Of a DNA stretch of 64,000 nucleotides, positions 9,500-20,978 are shown one piece after another. Every line of letters begins with the position of its first letter. Position 1 is the first letter of the stretch. Source of the stretch: Candidatus Bathyarchaeota archaeon (GTDB lineage Archaea > Thermoproteota > Bathyarchaeia > Bathyarchaeales > Bathycorpusculaceae). The notes beneath the pieces are model-generated. The model searched no databases, was not told where the DNA came from, and saw nothing but the letters and a program-made list of their open reading frames with translations. The DNA is taken from positions 448,001 through 512,000 of the forward strand of contig CAWGZR010000005.1 of the NCBI GenBank assembly GCA_963827165.1, given 5' to 3'. A program made the translations under genes and the position numbers.

Positions 9500-11350
9500 C
9501 TATTCAGTCATGTATGTTATGTCGTCCCATGGATGTCTATAGAGTCCTTGTTTCAGCCGTTTCTGGTCGAGAAAGTGGGCTGTCATGCCGATGGTTCTGC
9601 CTACCACGAAAAGGCCGTTGAGGGCGCCCATCTTGATGTATTCGTCGGCTTCCTGCTTCGGCAGCTCGTTTCGCAGCATGTCGACAAAGCATATTCCGAT
9701 GCATCCATCCACGTTTAGGATGAGGTTGTCTTTTTTAGCGGTGGTGATTTTCTCCACTTCCAGCGCATAATCCAAGAGGGGCGTTGACTTGAAATGTTTC
9801 TTTGCGTACTCCTTGAGGATGGTTACGCGCATGTCAGGGTTGTTTATGCTTTTTATTAGGTGACCGATGCCCTGGATATTTTCGCCTTTCCGCTTCATTT
9901 CCTCAACAAACTCGGCTGGACTCAAACCCCTGTCGTAGGCTTCAGAGAAGCTTTGTGCTGCGCCGTCGATGGCTCCTCCGAACCTTGGTCCGATGGTGAG
10001 CATGCCGCTTGCAACTGAGGAAACCAGGTCCTTGCCTGCACGGGCTGCAACTATGGTGTTGTGGGCGCCTGAAACTGCGGGTCCATGGTCAGCCGTAACC
10101 ATGATTGCCATCTCGATGAATTTGGTTGCATAAGCGGGAAGCTGACGCTTAAACCACAGGATGCTTAGTACTCCGCCGATTCCAATGTCTTTTTTGAAGA
10201 CTTCGGAGATAGGCACATTCCCATAAAGTAGTTCTTCGCCTCGATCGTCGGATATGGTACAGATGAAGTTTGAGGGTTTTCTGATTACGCCTTCCTTTAA
10301 CGCTTTAGCATAGTCCATCGGGATTCTTGGTTTTGGAGGTTCAGACTTTGGCTTGATTACGCATTCTCGGACAAGTTTTTCGTATGTTTCTTTTATTTTT
10401 TGGCCGTAGTCGTCGTATGAGTTGGGAACTATTGCGCCCGCTTGTCTAAGAGCTGAATTTTTTGCATCAGCGGTTTCTGATTCGCAGCCTGCTTTGGCGC
10501 CTGCATGCCCGAATTGGACTTCGGTTTTGAATGCTTTAGAGCAGGTTCCTGTAACCCAAATGACAAGAGGCTTAGTGATTTTCTTTGTTTTAAGAGCCGC
10601 GGCAATCTCGTATTCTCCGCTGCCCCCTACTTCGCCAAGAGCAACGAGCATCTTGATTTCTGGGATGGCTTCGAACCTCAAGAGGTGCTCTAGCAATGTT
10701 GAGCCTGGGTATGTATCTCCGCCGATCGCTATGCCTTCGTATAGTCCGTCTGTGTTTCTGGCGATAATGTTGTAAGCCTCGTTGCTTAAGCCGCCTGATT
10801 TGGAAACAAAACCCACCGAGCCTGGTGTGTGAAGTTTGGATTCGACGATATTTTCTATGGTGCCGCCGGCATTGCCGATTTTGAAGCAGCCTGCTTTTAT
10901 GCCGCCGACAGTCGCGGGGCCAATGATGACTTTCCCAAGAGCCTTTGCTTTTGCGGTAAGCAACTTCATCCGCCGCTCAGGCACCCCTTCGGCGATTATC
11001 ACAACTGTTCTGATTTGAGGTATCGCCAAGGCTTCCTCAGTTGAAGAAGCGGCTGACCTAAAAGACGCAAAGTTTATCATCACGTCAACTTTGGGATGCG
11101 TCTGTGCTGCTTTCTCAAGGGTTTTATACATTGGCAGCAGGATTTCGCGTTTACCGAAAAAGAACTTTGAGTAGCTGTCTGAGCCTGTCGGGTTGATTAT
11201 TGCCGCAACAGATGGCGTCTTGCGTCCGGAAGCATAGTCGAAATCCAGCATCCTCTGAGTTGCTGCTGCCTGGTTATTGTAGATGAACGATTGGGTATCT
11301 TTGTCGAATAATTCGTTTGGGTTAGCCTTCTTGGTTGGATCTGTCGCCAT
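9500..11350 (-). CDS. aclA: ATP citrate lyase alpha subunit (CoA-binding/ligase plus citryl-CoA lyase domain)
   Basis: [26 protein letters not shown] phospho-His, [28 protein letters not shown]. Confidence 0.95.
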   Translation of the reverse strand: MATDPTKKANPNELFDKDTQSFIYNNQAAATQRMLDFDYASGRKTPSVAAIINPTGSDSYSKFFFGKREILLPMYKTLEKAAQTHPKVDVMINFASFRSAASSTEEALAIPQIRTVVIIAEGVPERRMKLLTAKAKALGKVIIGPATVGGIKAGCFKIGNAGGTIENIVESKLHTPGSVGFVSKSGGLSNEAYNIIARNTDGLYEGIAIGGDTYPGSTLLEHLLRFEAIPEIKMLVALGEVGGSGEYEIAAALKTKKITKPLVIWVTGTCSKAFKTEVQFGHAGAKAGCESETADAKNSALRQAGAIVPNSYDDYGQKIKETYEKLVRECVIKPKSEPPKPRIPMDYAKALKEGVIRKPSNFICTISDDRGEELLYGNVPISEVFKKDIGIGGVLSILWFKRQLPAYATKFIEMAIMVTADHGPAVSGAHNTIVAARAGKDLVSSVASGMLTIGPRFGGAIDGAAQSFSEAYDRGLSPAEFVEEMKRKGENIQGIGHLIKSINNPDMRVTILKEYAKKHFKSTPLLDYALEVEKITTAKKDNLILNVDGCIGICFVDMLRNELPKQEADEYIKMGALNGLFVVGRTIGMTAHFLDQKRLKQGLYRHPWDDITYMTE

Positions 11351-11351
11351 T

Positions 11352-12665
11352 TTATTTTGCTCCTTTAAGAGCCATTGAAACGATTTTGGTCATATGGGTT
11401 TCTGGCCCGTAAACTTCAATTGGAACGCCAAGCTTCTCGCCCAACTCTCTCATCTGGCACAAACCTTCTTGATAGTTCGGTCCACCTCTGCGAACGTATA
11501 TCTTAACCTTGTTCTCCTGCAGATCCTTCTGAAATTCCTTGAGCGCTTTTATTATACCTTTGAAAGTGGCTGCGACATCGGTGAAATTCGCGATTCCTCC
11601 GCCGATTAGCAGGAACTTGCCCTTCGGGTTTGGTTTTCTAGTCATAAGTTCAAGAATTGTTTTGGCGTAGAGATACGTGAATTCCTCGCTTGGATCCCCA
11701 GAATATTCGCCGTAATTAGCCAGTTCATTCATGAAGCCCAGGTCTGTGATTGTGTCGGCGTAGATTACTGAGGCACCGCCGCCTGCCACCATCGTCCAGA
11801 CTCTTCCTTCCGAATTGAGAACCGTGAGTTTGAGAGAAGCCCCTGTTTTTGAATCCAAGTCTTCGATGAAAGTTTCTTCCTTACTTGAAACTCTTCCGAA
11901 AGGCGCTGGAAACTCGATTTTACCCCATTTGCAGCCGCTTTCAAATTCCGCGGTGCTGTCCAACTTGGCGGCAAGATCTAATGGAATAATTGTGTCTTTG
12001 GTTACTACAAGTGGATTTATCTCTAAATATGTGAAGTTTAGGTCTGCATAGAATTTGAAGAGCGCTTCGATGAAACCTGCAAGGTGGCTTTTGCAAATAG
12101 CTGGAACTTTTTCTAAGAGTTTTTTCTGGATTTCTGAGGAGGTCGGGTATGTGCCTATGAGTACTTCTAGGCGCGCTGCTTTGCTGTCTACATCTCCGAC
12201 GTTTACTCCGCCTTCGTTGTAAAACAGGATGGTGTCGCCGTATTTGGAAGAAGTAATGGCAAGGTAGCATTCATCTGAATCTTTGTGGGGTGTCAGCGGC
12301 TCGATGATGAAGTGAGTCAGCTTTCCGACGGTTCCTTTGCCTGTGGGTTTGCCGTCTGAGTCGAAGCTGCCGTACACGGTTATCGGCGCTTTAGACTCCT
12401 CGTCTATCCAAGCCTTGGCTTGGGCGTAGTCTGCGTCGACAAGGATAAGCTTGTTTTTTCCTCGTCGTTTTATCAGTTGGTCGGGTTTAACTACCAACCT
12501 TTCAGTATTCAACCACTTATATTGATTGGGCAGTTTAGCCAAATCAGTGTCTGGTCCTACGCTGACAATTTTGTCTGAAACAGTATATTTCCCATCAGAA
12601 TATTCTTTTAGCAAACGCGCCAACATGCATTTACCGTCAGCTTCTCTGATCGCTTTATGAGCCAT
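11352..12665 (-). CDS. aclB: ATP citrate lyase beta subunit (ATP-grasp)
   Basis: [55 protein letters not shown]. Confidence 0.95.
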   Translation of the reverse strand: MAHKAIREADGKCMLARLLKEYSDGKYTVSDKIVSVGPDTDLAKLPNQYKWLNTERLVVKPDQLIKRRGKNKLILVDADYAQAKAWIDEESKAPITVYGSFDSDGKPTGKGTVGKLTHFIIEPLTPHKDSDECYLAITSSKYGDTILFYNEGGVNVGDVDSKAARLEVLIGTYPTSSEIQKKLLEKVPAICKSHLAGFIEALFKFYADLNFTYLEINPLVVTKDTIIPLDLAAKLDSTAEFESGCKWGKIEFPAPFGRVSSKEETFIEDLDSKTGASLKLTVLNSEGRVWTMVAGGGASVIYADTITDLGFMNELANYGEYSGDPSEEFTYLYAKTILELMTRKPNPKGKFLLIGGGIANFTDVAATFKGIIKALKEFQKDLQENKVKIYVRRGGPNYQEGLCQMRELGEKLGVPIEVYGPETHMTKIVSMALKGAK

Positions 12666-12676
12666 TCACATTCCCT

Positions 12677-13891
12677 TCATTGAAACGTCTTTAGTCGTTT
12701 TGCAACCTCAGCGATGAATTCCTCGGTATATACCTGACGGTTTTTCGGGTTTGGCGTTGAAACCTGCATCAAATCGCCAGTTAGAATGCCGCTTTCAACT
12801 GTCTGCAAAGCTGCCATCTCCAGGTTCTTTGCGAATTCAACGACTTCAGGCGTATTGTCTAGTTCGCCTCTTTTTGTTAGGCAGCCGCTCCAAGCGAATA
12901 TCAGAGCCATTGGATTGCTTGATGTTTTTTCGCCTTTGAGATATTTGTAGTAGTGTTTTTGAACGGTACCGTGTGATGCTTCAAACTCGTAGTATCCCTG
13001 CGGGCTGACGAGGACGGATGTCATCATGGCTAAGCTCCCGTAGGCTGACCCTAACATGTCGCTCATTACGTCGCCGTCGTAGTTCTTGCAAGCCCAAAGC
13101 AACCCGCCTTCAGACTTCATTATTCTAGCAACTGCGTCGTCGATTAGAGTAAAGAAGTAATCGAGCCCCGCTTGTTCAAATTTGACTTTCCAGTTCTTTT
13201 GGTATTCTTCCTCGAATATCTTGCGGAACTGTCCGTCATAAGTCTTGGAGATTGTATCTTTAGCGCCGAACCACAAGTGAAGTTTCTGGTCGTACGCGTA
13301 GGTGAAGCAGGCTTTGGCGAAGCTTTCGATGGATTTGTCAGTGTTATGAATGCCCTGGATGATTCCTGGACCCTTGAAGTCATGGATTGTTCCGCGGAAT
13401 AGCTCCTTGCCTGCTAAGTTTGTGAATGTCAATTCGGCTTTTCCTGCTTCTGGAACACGAAACTCAAGGTTTTTGTAAACGTCACCGTAGGCGTGTCGTC
13501 CGATATGGATTGGTTTTTTCCATGAGCGGACTGCAGGCGGAATGTTACTGACTAAAATTGGCGCACGAAACACAGTACCATCCAATGCGGCGCGAATGGT
13601 GCCGTTGGGGCTGCTCCATTCTTTCTTGAGATTGTACTCTTTCACGCGGTCTTTGTTAGGGGTGATGGTGGCGCATTTGACGCCGACACCGTATTTCTTT
13701 ATGGCTTCTGCCGCTTCGAGGGTTATTTTGTCATCTGTTTCGTCCCTTACTTTGAGCTGCAGGTCATAATAGGCAAGGTTGAGGTCCATATAGGGTAGAA
13801 GAAGCTGATCCTTTACCATGTGCCACATTATGCGGGTCATTTCGTCGCCGTCCATCTCGACGATGGGGGTCTTCACTTTTATCTTGGTCAT
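12677..13891 (-). CDS. icd: NADP-dependent isocitrate dehydrogenase (type II homodimeric family)
   Basis: [40 protein letters not shown]; GGAGG SD before ATG 13891. Confidence 0.95.
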   Translation of the reverse strand: MTKIKVKTPIVEMDGDEMTRIMWHMVKDQLLLPYMDLNLAYYDLQLKVRDETDDKITLEAAEAIKKYGVGVKCATITPNKDRVKEYNLKKEWSSPNGTIRAALDGTVFRAPILVSNIPPAVRSWKKPIHIGRHAYGDVYKNLEFRVPEAGKAELTFTNLAGKELFRGTIHDFKGPGIIQGIHNTDKSIESFAKACFTYAYDQKLHLWFGAKDTISKTYDGQFRKIFEEEYQKNWKVKFEQAGLDYFFTLIDDAVARIMKSEGGLLWACKNYDGDVMSDMLGSAYGSLAMMTSVLVSPQGYYEFEASHGTVQKHYYKYLKGEKTSSNPMALIFAWSGCLTKRGELDNTPEVVEFAKNLEMAALQTVESGILTGDLMQVSTPNPKNRQVYTEEFIAEVAKRLKTFQ

Positions 13892-13905
13892 TTCTGCATC
13901 CTCCT

Positions 13906-15852
13906 TCAATTTTGCTTGACTGTGTATGGAAGCAAGCCGCCCGCGAAAAGAATGTCTTTTTGTCTCTGTGAAAGATTGTAGACGAGTTCGATTTCCAGTT
14001 TCTTGGTTTTGTCCAATAGAATTACTTGTTGGTTGTTTTGCAGTTTCTTTTTGATGTCGGGAATTTCGATTTCGTCGCCTTGATCCAACTTGTCATAGTC
14101 AGCCATGTTCTTGAACGACAAAGAGACTATGCCGAAGTTCACAAGGTTAGCCGCGTGGATACGCTCCACAGATTTGGCTATTATTGCTTTAACGCCGAGA
14201 TACATCGGGCACAGTGCAGCGTGTTCTCTTGAGCTCCCTTGACCGTACGATTCGCCCGCAACTATGACCGTGTGAAGTCCCTTTTTCTTGGCGTCCATTG
14301 CTCTTTTTGGGAAAGCGGGATCGATCGGTTCGAAAACGTATTCCGAATACTTGGGCACGTTAGACCTGTACTTTAGCCTGGCTCCAGCAGGCATTATATG
14401 GTCGGTTGTAATTTTATCCCCGACCTTTATTCCGACAACGCCTTTTATCTGCTCGGGCATTTCATCGTTTGTTGGGGGCGCCCCGATGTTTGGTCCTCGG
14501 GCGACTTCAACGGTTCTGTCAGCGTCTTTTGGGAAAATAAACATGGAGTCGTCAACGAGGAATTTTATTGGCATGTTAACTTTCGGGTACTCGAGGCCTG
14601 TTTTTCTTGGGTCGGTGAATTTGCCAGTGATCGCGGCAACGGCTGCTACTTCGGGGCTTACAAGATAGACCTGGGCGTCGGCGGTGCCGCTTCTTCCCTC
14701 AAAGTTTCGGTTGCTTGTCCTTAGAGACACGCCAGCCGATTGAGGGCTTTGGCTGTTGCCAATGCAGAATCCACAGGTTGCCTCAAGAAGTCTAGCTCCA
14801 GAATCCAGCAGATCAACGATGTAACCGTCCCTTGCCGCCATTTGAAGAACCTGCCGTGAACCAGGTGCGACTCCGAAGGAAACATCGGGATGAACTTTTT
14901 TGCCTTTCATTATCTTGGCTATGGTGGCTATTTCTTTGTAGGATGAGTTGGTGCATGATCCAAGCATGACTTGGTCGACTTTGATGTCTTTCATGTCGCT
15001 TACACGGACCACGTTCCCTGGGCTGTGGGGCGCCGCTGCAAGAGGCTCCAATTGGGAGAGGTCAAGGTCAACGACTTTGTCGTATTCTGCATCGCCGTCG
15101 GCTTTTAGTTCAACCCAATCTGCTTCCCTACCCTGTGCTTTAAGGAACTTTTTGGTCTCCTCGTCTGAGGGAAAGATAGAGGTGGTAACGCCCATCTCCG
15201 CGCCCATGTTTGTGATTGTGGCTCGCTCTGGAACTGTGAGGCTTTTAACACCGGGTCCAGCATATTCCATGACGACGCCAACGTTACCTTTCACCGTGAA
15301 TATTTCCAGCATCTTGAGGACTACATCTTTTGCAGTAACCCATGGTTGAAGGCTGCCCGTCAGGTTTATCTTGTAGATCTTCGGGCAAGTTAAGTAGAAT
15401 TCGCCTCCGCCCATCGCAACTGCGACATCCAAGCCTCCTGCGCCAATAGCCACCATACCGATACCTCCCCCGGTAGTTGTGTGGCTGTCAGAGCCTAGGA
15501 GCGTTTTGCCAGGTTTCCCGAACCGTTCAAGATGGACTTGATGGCAGATTCCGTTTCCAGCCTTTGAGTAAACGATCCCGTATTTGGCGGCTACCGTTTG
15601 GAGGTACTTGTGGTCGTCTGCGTTCTCAAAGCCTACTTGAATTGTATTGTGGTCGACGTAGCTTACGGAAAGCTCGGTCTTTACTTGTTTAAGACCCATT
15701 GCTTCGAACTGTAGGTAAGCCATTGTCCCAGTGGCATCCTGAGTTAGGGTTTGGTCAATTTTTATGCCAATCTCATTTCCCGGAACGTACTGACCTACTG
15801 CAAGGTGGTTTTCAAGTATTTTTCTGGCTAGGGACTTTCCCATAGATGACAC
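13906..15852 (-). CDS. acn: Aconitate hydratase (short archaeal/bacterial type)
   Basis: [50 protein letters not shown]. Confidence 0.93.
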   Translation of the reverse strand: MSSMGKSLARKILENHLAVGQYVPGNEIGIKIDQTLTQDATGTMAYLQFEAMGLKQVKTELSVSYVDHNTIQVGFENADDHKYLQTVAAKYGIVYSKAGNGICHQVHLERFGKPGKTLLGSDSHTTTGGGIGMVAIGAGGLDVAVAMGGGEFYLTCPKIYKINLTGSLQPWVTAKDVVLKMLEIFTVKGNVGVVMEYAGPGVKSLTVPERATITNMGAEMGVTTSIFPSDEETKKFLKAQGREADWVELKADGDAEYDKVVDLDLSQLEPLAAAPHSPGNVVRVSDMKDIKVDQVMLGSCTNSSYKEIATIAKIMKGKKVHPDVSFGVAPGSRQVLQMAARDGYIVDLLDSGARLLEATCGFCIGNSQSPQSAGVSLRTSNRNFEGRSGTADAQVYLVSPEVAAVAAITGKFTDPRKTGLEYPKVNMPIKFLVDDSMFIFPKDADRTVEVARGPNIGAPPTNDEMPEQIKGVVGIKVGDKITTDHIMPAGARLKYRSNVPKYSEYVFEPIDPAFPKRAMDAKKKGLHTVIVAGESYGQGSSREHAALCPMYLGVKAIIAKSVERIHAANLVNFGIVSLSFKNMADYDKLDQGDEIEIPDIKKKLQNNQQVILLDKTKKLEIELVYNLSQRQKDILFAGGLLPYTVKQN

Positions 15853-16125
15853 GTCCTTTGGAAAGGTTTGTTTTTCTTAAGCGTATATAAATGTTGTCAA
15901 TTTAGAGGAGAGCCGCATCCCCGTATTTACTTAATCCGATTTTCCCCACAATAATTGCGACTCAAAAAACGCCGCCTAAAGAGATTGAATCTTTTTGAGC
16001 GTTTCACTACTTTTGAGCTGAATATTAGCATAACACGAAGCGGTCGGACATGCATCCACTGAGATATCCTAGCAAAAACTAAATTCTCAGGATGTAATTA
16101 TTTGACAGACGCCTTGGTGAAGTGA

Positions 16126-17304
16126 ATGAAAGTTCTATTAAACGACGGAATGGATGAAGAAGGGATAAGACTTTTCAGAAACGCAGGAATCGAGACAGAC
16201 AATGACAAGCGTGATCCAAAGTCTCTTGTTGAGCAAATCGGGGAATTCGATGCTATAGTTGTGCGGAGCGCGACTGTGGTGACAAGGGAAGTGATTGATG
16301 CTGGTGTCAAGGGAAAGTTGAAGGTTGTAGGGAGGGCTGGAGTAGGCACAGACAACATTGACATCAAAGCTGCAGTTGAAAACGGTGTCATAGTTAAGTC
16401 GGCGCCGTTTGGAAACACGAACGCCACAGCCGAGTTGGCACTCGCGTTGATGTTAAGCATTTCAAGGAGGGTAGCGCAAGGGCATCATTCTTTGAAAAAG
16501 GGTGTTTGGAGAAAGAAGTGTTTCGAAGGTACAGAACTTTCCGGCAAGACAATGGGCATAATTGGTTGCGGTAGAATTGGGCAGAAATTAAGTGAGCTTG
16601 CAGTTGGCTTCAACATGGAAACTATAGGCTATGACCCAATTGTTAAGGTCAGCTCCAGAATAAAACTTGTGTCAAAAGAAGAGGTTCTATCACAGGCTGA
16701 TTATGTTAGCATCCACGTAAACGGAAACGAAAACGTGATTGGAGAGAAGGAGTTGTGGTTGATGAAGCCGAACGCCTATTTGATTAACACTGCGCGTGGA
16801 CGAAACGTAGACGCGAAGGCGCTGTATAAAGCGCTCAAAAGCGGAAGCATAGCGGGGGCAGCCCTAGATGTTTTTGAGGATGAACCCTCACAAGAAAATT
16901 CAAAATTTGCAAACCCTCTGCGCCGGTTGGACAACATTGTCTTTACTCCCCATTTAGGAGCATCCACCGTGGAGGCACAGATGAAAACGTCTATGGAAAT
17001 GGCAAGAGTTATTGTTGATTACCTATTGCACGGGGATTTCTCGAACGCGGTAAACGTAGGAGAAAGCATCGAGTTGGAGGAAAGACCATTCTATCCTCTT
17101 TTCGTTTACCATGTTGACAAACCGGGGATGTTTGCTAAGATTGACAAGGTCCTTGCGGACAACGGCGTGAACATAAGGGAGAACCCGTCCCGCCAGATAG
17201 GGCAAGGATGCGCCATTGCCATTTACCTCGTACATCAGAGAGTCGGGCAAGGAGTTATAGACGAATTAAACAGGCTAGAAGGCGTCATCAGAGCCACGAC
17301 TTAA
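16126..17304 (+). CDS. serA: D-3-phosphoglycerate dehydrogenase-like 2-hydroxyacid dehydrogenase with C-terminal ACT domain
   Basis: RAGVGTDNID, GCGRIG, INTARG, TPHLGAST, HVDKPGM ACT motif. Confidence 0.85.
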   Translation: MKVLLNDGMDEEGIRLFRNAGIETDNDKRDPKSLVEQIGEFDAIVVRSATVVTREVIDAGVKGKLKVVGRAGVGTDNIDIKAAVENGVIVKSAPFGNTNATAELALALMLSISRRVAQGHHSLKKGVWRKKCFEGTELSGKTMGIIGCGRIGQKLSELAVGFNMETIGYDPIVKVSSRIKLVSKEEVLSQADYVSIHVNGNENVIGEKELWLMKPNAYLINTARGRNVDAKALYKALKSGSIAGAALDVFEDEPSQENSKFANPLRRLDNIVFTPHLGASTVEAQMKTSMEMARVIVDYLLHGDFSNAVNVGESIELEERPFYPLFVYHVDKPGMFAKIDKVLADNGVNIRENPSRQIGQGCAIAIYLVHQRVGQGVIDELNRLEGVIRATT

Positions 17305-17888
17305 GAAGAAAAAAAGCTCTCTGAAAAATCTGACCCACTAGCCTACCTTAAGCCGATTTACCTGCAAAAAGTCTTGTTTTTGTTGTTGCTGACCGATGAC
17401 CACAAAGAAATATTAACACTACTGAGAATCTTTCTTTGTAACTAAGAAAAAAGTCATCGTCGTTCTTTGATTTTGAATCGTTTCATTCTATGGATTGCTG
17501 AGTCGGTTGAGTGATTTTTTGACAGAAATTATAATAAAGGTTAAACAACCCTTCAACAGCGTGGATTCAATCATATTTGAAGCAGCCCTAACCCTTAATG
17601 CAATCGAAACCCTTAACAAACAGCGTCAATACGTTAGCTGACCCGCATTTTAGTTCCGAATAAGCGTGATTAGTATGGAAAGCCAGGGAAGCCACACTTT
17701 AAACCTGCTTTGGTAATACTGTCCAATCTTTTTTTTCTGATTCGCTAACTTATATAAGCCACATGGCTTCCTCTGCTTATTCAATGTTCCAGCATATTCT
17801 TCGGAACTGTGAGTCACCACGGCAAGTTTTGGAAAATAGTAGATTTGCCGCGTCGGAAGACTTCCAAAAATAGGGGGTAGGAAGAAAC

Positions 17889-18428
17889 TTGGGATGGCAT
17901 CAAGAAAAAGAGAATAACACGATTTGGGTAAGCCGAGAGTTTTCAAAATGTAGTGGCTGCCGAAAATGTGAAATCGCATGTTCTCTTGAAAAAGAAAACA
18001 AAATTTGGCCAGAAGCGTCGAGGGTTCGTGTTTTTATGTTGGTTCCGGGCGCCGAGTTTCCCCATCTTTGCACTCAATGTGAAGATTATCCCTGCGTCGA
18101 AGTCTGTCCTTTTAAGGCTCTCGGCGTCAACAAGGATACCAGCGCCGTCACAATTGAAGTAGAAAAGTGCATAGGCTGCGGAAAATGCATCGATGCATGC
18201 CCAGGAAAAGTCCCTCATATTCACCCGAAAACCAAGAAGATTTTGATTTGCGATCTTTGCGGCGGCGACCCAAAATGTGCCAAAGTTTGCCACGACGGTG
18301 GTTGGAACTGCCTAAAAGTTGTTGCTCGGGGAGACAGAGAGTTTAAACTATATTCCCGAACACCTGAGGAAACCTCACGGAACCTGGCAGTGAAAATGTA
18401 CGGTGAAAAAGCGGAGGAATTTATGTAA
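17889..18428 (+). CDS. Multi-4Fe-4S ferredoxin subunit (DmsB/HycB-like)
   Basis: CSGCRKCEIAC, CTQCEDYPCVEVCP, CIGCGKCIDACP, CDLCGGDPKCAKVC. Confidence 0.9.
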   Translation: MGWHQEKENNTIWVSREFSKCSGCRKCEIACSLEKENKIWPEASRVRVFMLVPGAEFPHLCTQCEDYPCVEVCPFKALGVNKDTSAVTIEVEKCIGCGKCIDACPGKVPHIHPKTKKILICDLCGGDPKCAKVCHDGGWNCLKVVARGDREFKLYSRTPEETSRNLAVKMYGEKAEEFM

Positions 18429-20293
18429 TGCTGGGTTACGCTGGGAAATTCTTGGAAGTTGACCTTTCAAAATCAAGCTTCAAGGATACGACTCTGCCTG
18501 AAGAATGGCTACTGGATTATATGGGTGGCAGAGCTCTTGCAGCCAAAATCCTAAGCGAAAGGCTGATTCATAAATGGGAAAAAGTGGATCCTTTGGGTCC
18601 TGAAAACCTCCTGTTTTTCATGTCAGGTCCCTTCACCGGTTACTATCCAGGCGGCAGAACCTGCGTAACCGGAAAATCGCCTCAAAGCAATGGCATGGTA
18701 GGCTCAACTGTAGGCGGCGAATTTGCGGTGGAGCTTAAATGCGCAGGCTACGATGGCATTATCGTTTCTGGCAAGGCGGAGAAACCTGTTTATCTTTTCA
18801 TTAAAGATTCCGACATTGAGCTCAGGGATGCCAGCGGCGTTTGGGGTAAAGACTGCAAACAGACGGAGGCGTTGCTAAACCGTGAATGTCGAAAGCTGAT
18901 GGCTGAGCGTTATCCGCGCGTTGGTGTTTGGAAAGAGCCAGCAAAACTCTACATTGGCCCCGCGGGAGAGCATAAAGTCAGACCGTCCGCAGTAATTGCC
19001 AAATGGACTCATGCTGCTGGCTATGGCGGTTACGGCGCGGTAATGGGTTCAAAAAACCTTAAGGCGGTGGCTGTTAAAGGTACGGGCCCTCTGCCTGAAG
19101 TGGCCGATTTAGAAAGGATCAAAAAAATGATTGATGACGTTTGCAAAGGCTGCTATGGTAACGTGATGTGGCGTAGATACGGGACGGGGGGAGGAGGCTA
19201 CAGCTTCGGCGCAGACACCAGTTCGGAGCCAGTCCGAAACTGGCAGGAGGAGTGGCATGACCAAAGAAGCTACGGCGTTGACCAGTTTGAAAATCGTGTT
19301 TGGGTAAAGCCTGCTTGGAGCGATTTCGGCTGCCCGACTAATTGTCTCAAAATCAGCTGCATCCGCGCAGGCAAATACAAGGGCGCGATAAGCGACAACC
19401 CAGACTACGAACTACAAGCTTTTCTGGGTCCCAATCTGGGACTATTCACCCCGGAAGAAAACGTGCATCTGTCTTCTCTTATTGAGGATTTAGGGTTCTG
19501 CGGAATCCAAGGGGGCAGCGTGCTTGGCTTCGCAGCTGAACTTTTCCAGAGAGGCATCCTAACCATCGAAGACCTAGATGGACTTGAGCTAAAATGGGGC
19601 GACGCAGATGCCTTCGCCGTTTTGGCAAAGAAAATCGCGAATAGGGAAGGCATAGGTGACATTCTAGCTGAAGGAACACATAGAGCCGCAATTAAGCTCG
19701 GACAAATGAAAGGCAAAAACCTTCTCCCCTACGCTGTAACTGGCAAGGGCATTAGCATCGGCGCGCATGGAATCAGGAGCGGTAGGGATTTTTCACGTGA
19801 AATAGGTTATGCATGCAGTGTTCAGGGCGGCGACCACACATCGATGACTGATTTCCCTATTGATGGATGGGGCAGCGAGATTTGGACGATATTTAATGAT
19901 TCTGCTGTAATGTGCATTTTCACCTCGTTTAGCTTGACTCCGACCTTTCGATACGAGTTCTACAACGCGCTCACAGGCAAAACCTTGACACGTAAGGAGT
20001 GGCTTTGCGGTGGAGGAATGAAGACTCTGGAAATTCAGCGAGCTCTACTGCTTCTCGGTGGACCTGATTTGACTTGGAATCCCAAGATTGACGATGATAA
20101 CCCGGAGAGGTTCTATGAACCGTTACCTACAGGACCATGTAAGGGGCAAACCGCCAGTAGGGCAAGCGTTAAGCAGAAGGTAATGCAGTACTATGGACAA
20201 GCAGGTTGGGACCAAAATGGCGTACCCACATCGGAAACATTAAGCAAGCTTAAACTTGAATATGTTGATGAAAGTTTGAAAAGATTACGATGA
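18428..20293 (+). CDS. Tungsten-containing aldehyde:ferredoxin oxidoreductase family protein
   Basis: DPLGPEN, ELKCAGYDGI, IGPAGE, GAVMGSKNLKAV, PDYE, GIGDILAEG, YYGQAGWDQNGVP. Confidence 0.92.
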   Translation: MLGYAGKFLEVDLSKSSFKDTTLPEEWLLDYMGGRALAAKILSERLIHKWEKVDPLGPENLLFFMSGPFTGYYPGGRTCVTGKSPQSNGMVGSTVGGEFAVELKCAGYDGIIVSGKAEKPVYLFIKDSDIELRDASGVWGKDCKQTEALLNRECRKLMAERYPRVGVWKEPAKLYIGPAGEHKVRPSAVIAKWTHAAGYGGYGAVMGSKNLKAVAVKGTGPLPEVADLERIKKMIDDVCKGCYGNVMWRRYGTGGGGYSFGADTSSEPVRNWQEEWHDQRSYGVDQFENRVWVKPAWSDFGCPTNCLKISCIRAGKYKGAISDNPDYELQAFLGPNLGLFTPEENVHLSSLIEDLGFCGIQGGSVLGFAAELFQRGILTIEDLDGLELKWGDADAFAVLAKKIANREGIGDILAEGTHRAAIKLGQMKGKNLLPYAVTGKGISIGAHGIRSGRDFSREIGYACSVQGGDHTSMTDFPIDGWGSEIWTIFNDSAVMCIFTSFSLTPTFRYEFYNALTGKTLTRKEWLCGGGMKTLEIQRALLLLGGPDLTWNPKIDDDNPERFYEPLPTGPCKGQTASRASVKQKVMQYYGQAGWDQNGVPTSETLSKLKLEYVDESLKRLR

Positions 20294-20577
20294 TAAAGAT
20301 CCAGTACTGAGCCCCTTTGCTATAGGCTTTCAAATGCCGACGGTAGGAGTTTTTGAGAACTTTTAAATTCTTTCGTACTCTGGTTTACGAGCAAGCTTTT
20401 CATGCCGATATTCACGACAAAATCCAGGGTCAAGGATTCATTTTGCCTGGGTTAAGTGCGTGACTGAAGCGCTCGGAGGCAATGTGATTTTTTGAGAGCC
20501 AAAAGTATCTGGGAACAAAATTGATCGTTTACTGGCCAAAGAAACCAAAAGGAGAAACAACGTCAAACAACTGAGCG

Positions 20578-20874
20578 CTAACCCATTAAGGTTGGGTTAA
20601 TGTTTTCTTCGTTTATGTGATGCATTACATGGAGGGCTAATCCAGTCGCGGCGCCTGCTGAAAGCCCAATGAGTAGATCATTAAGAGGAGCATAGTTCCC
20701 AATCAATCCGAAAACAACTAGAACGTCGAAGACCACTGCTACAGCCAAGTAACCGACGCACCACATTTTAACGCTCATTCCCCTAGGCTTCTCTATGCCG
20801 ATAACGCCTAATACACCGAACATAATTAGGAAGCCTACTAAAGCGAAAATCCAGTCGTAACTCAACTTTTTCAC
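20578..20874 (-). CDS. Small three-TM membrane protein
   Basis: Hydrophobic 98-aa ORF; AGGTGA SD 5 nt before TTG (probable start MSYDW). Confidence 0.65.
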   Translation of the reverse strand: MKKLSYDWIFALVGFLIMFGVLGVIGIEKPRGMSVKMWCVGYLAVAVVFDVLVVFGLIGNYAPLNDLLIGLSAGAATGLALHVMHHINEENINPTLMG

Positions 20875-20978
20875 CTGTTAGTCTGGCTATGTTGGGTTAG
20901 CGCCTTATTAGGTTATCGAATAAGATGCATCGTTACAGAACATGAGCAATTACCGTTAACCTTTTTTACCCTCAACCC

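Noticed and set aside
17385-17430. CTGA-CC-GATGA...CTGA as a box C/D sRNA
   Set aside because: No convincing C box or terminal stem
17650-17979. 109-aa minus-strand ORF
   Set aside because: Overlaps the ferredoxin gene and its promoter region; no protein-like features
20289-20340. GATGATA-11 nt-CTGA after the oxidoreductase stop as a C/D guide
   Set aside because: Second half of the motif set is missing and rRNA complementarity is only about 7 nt
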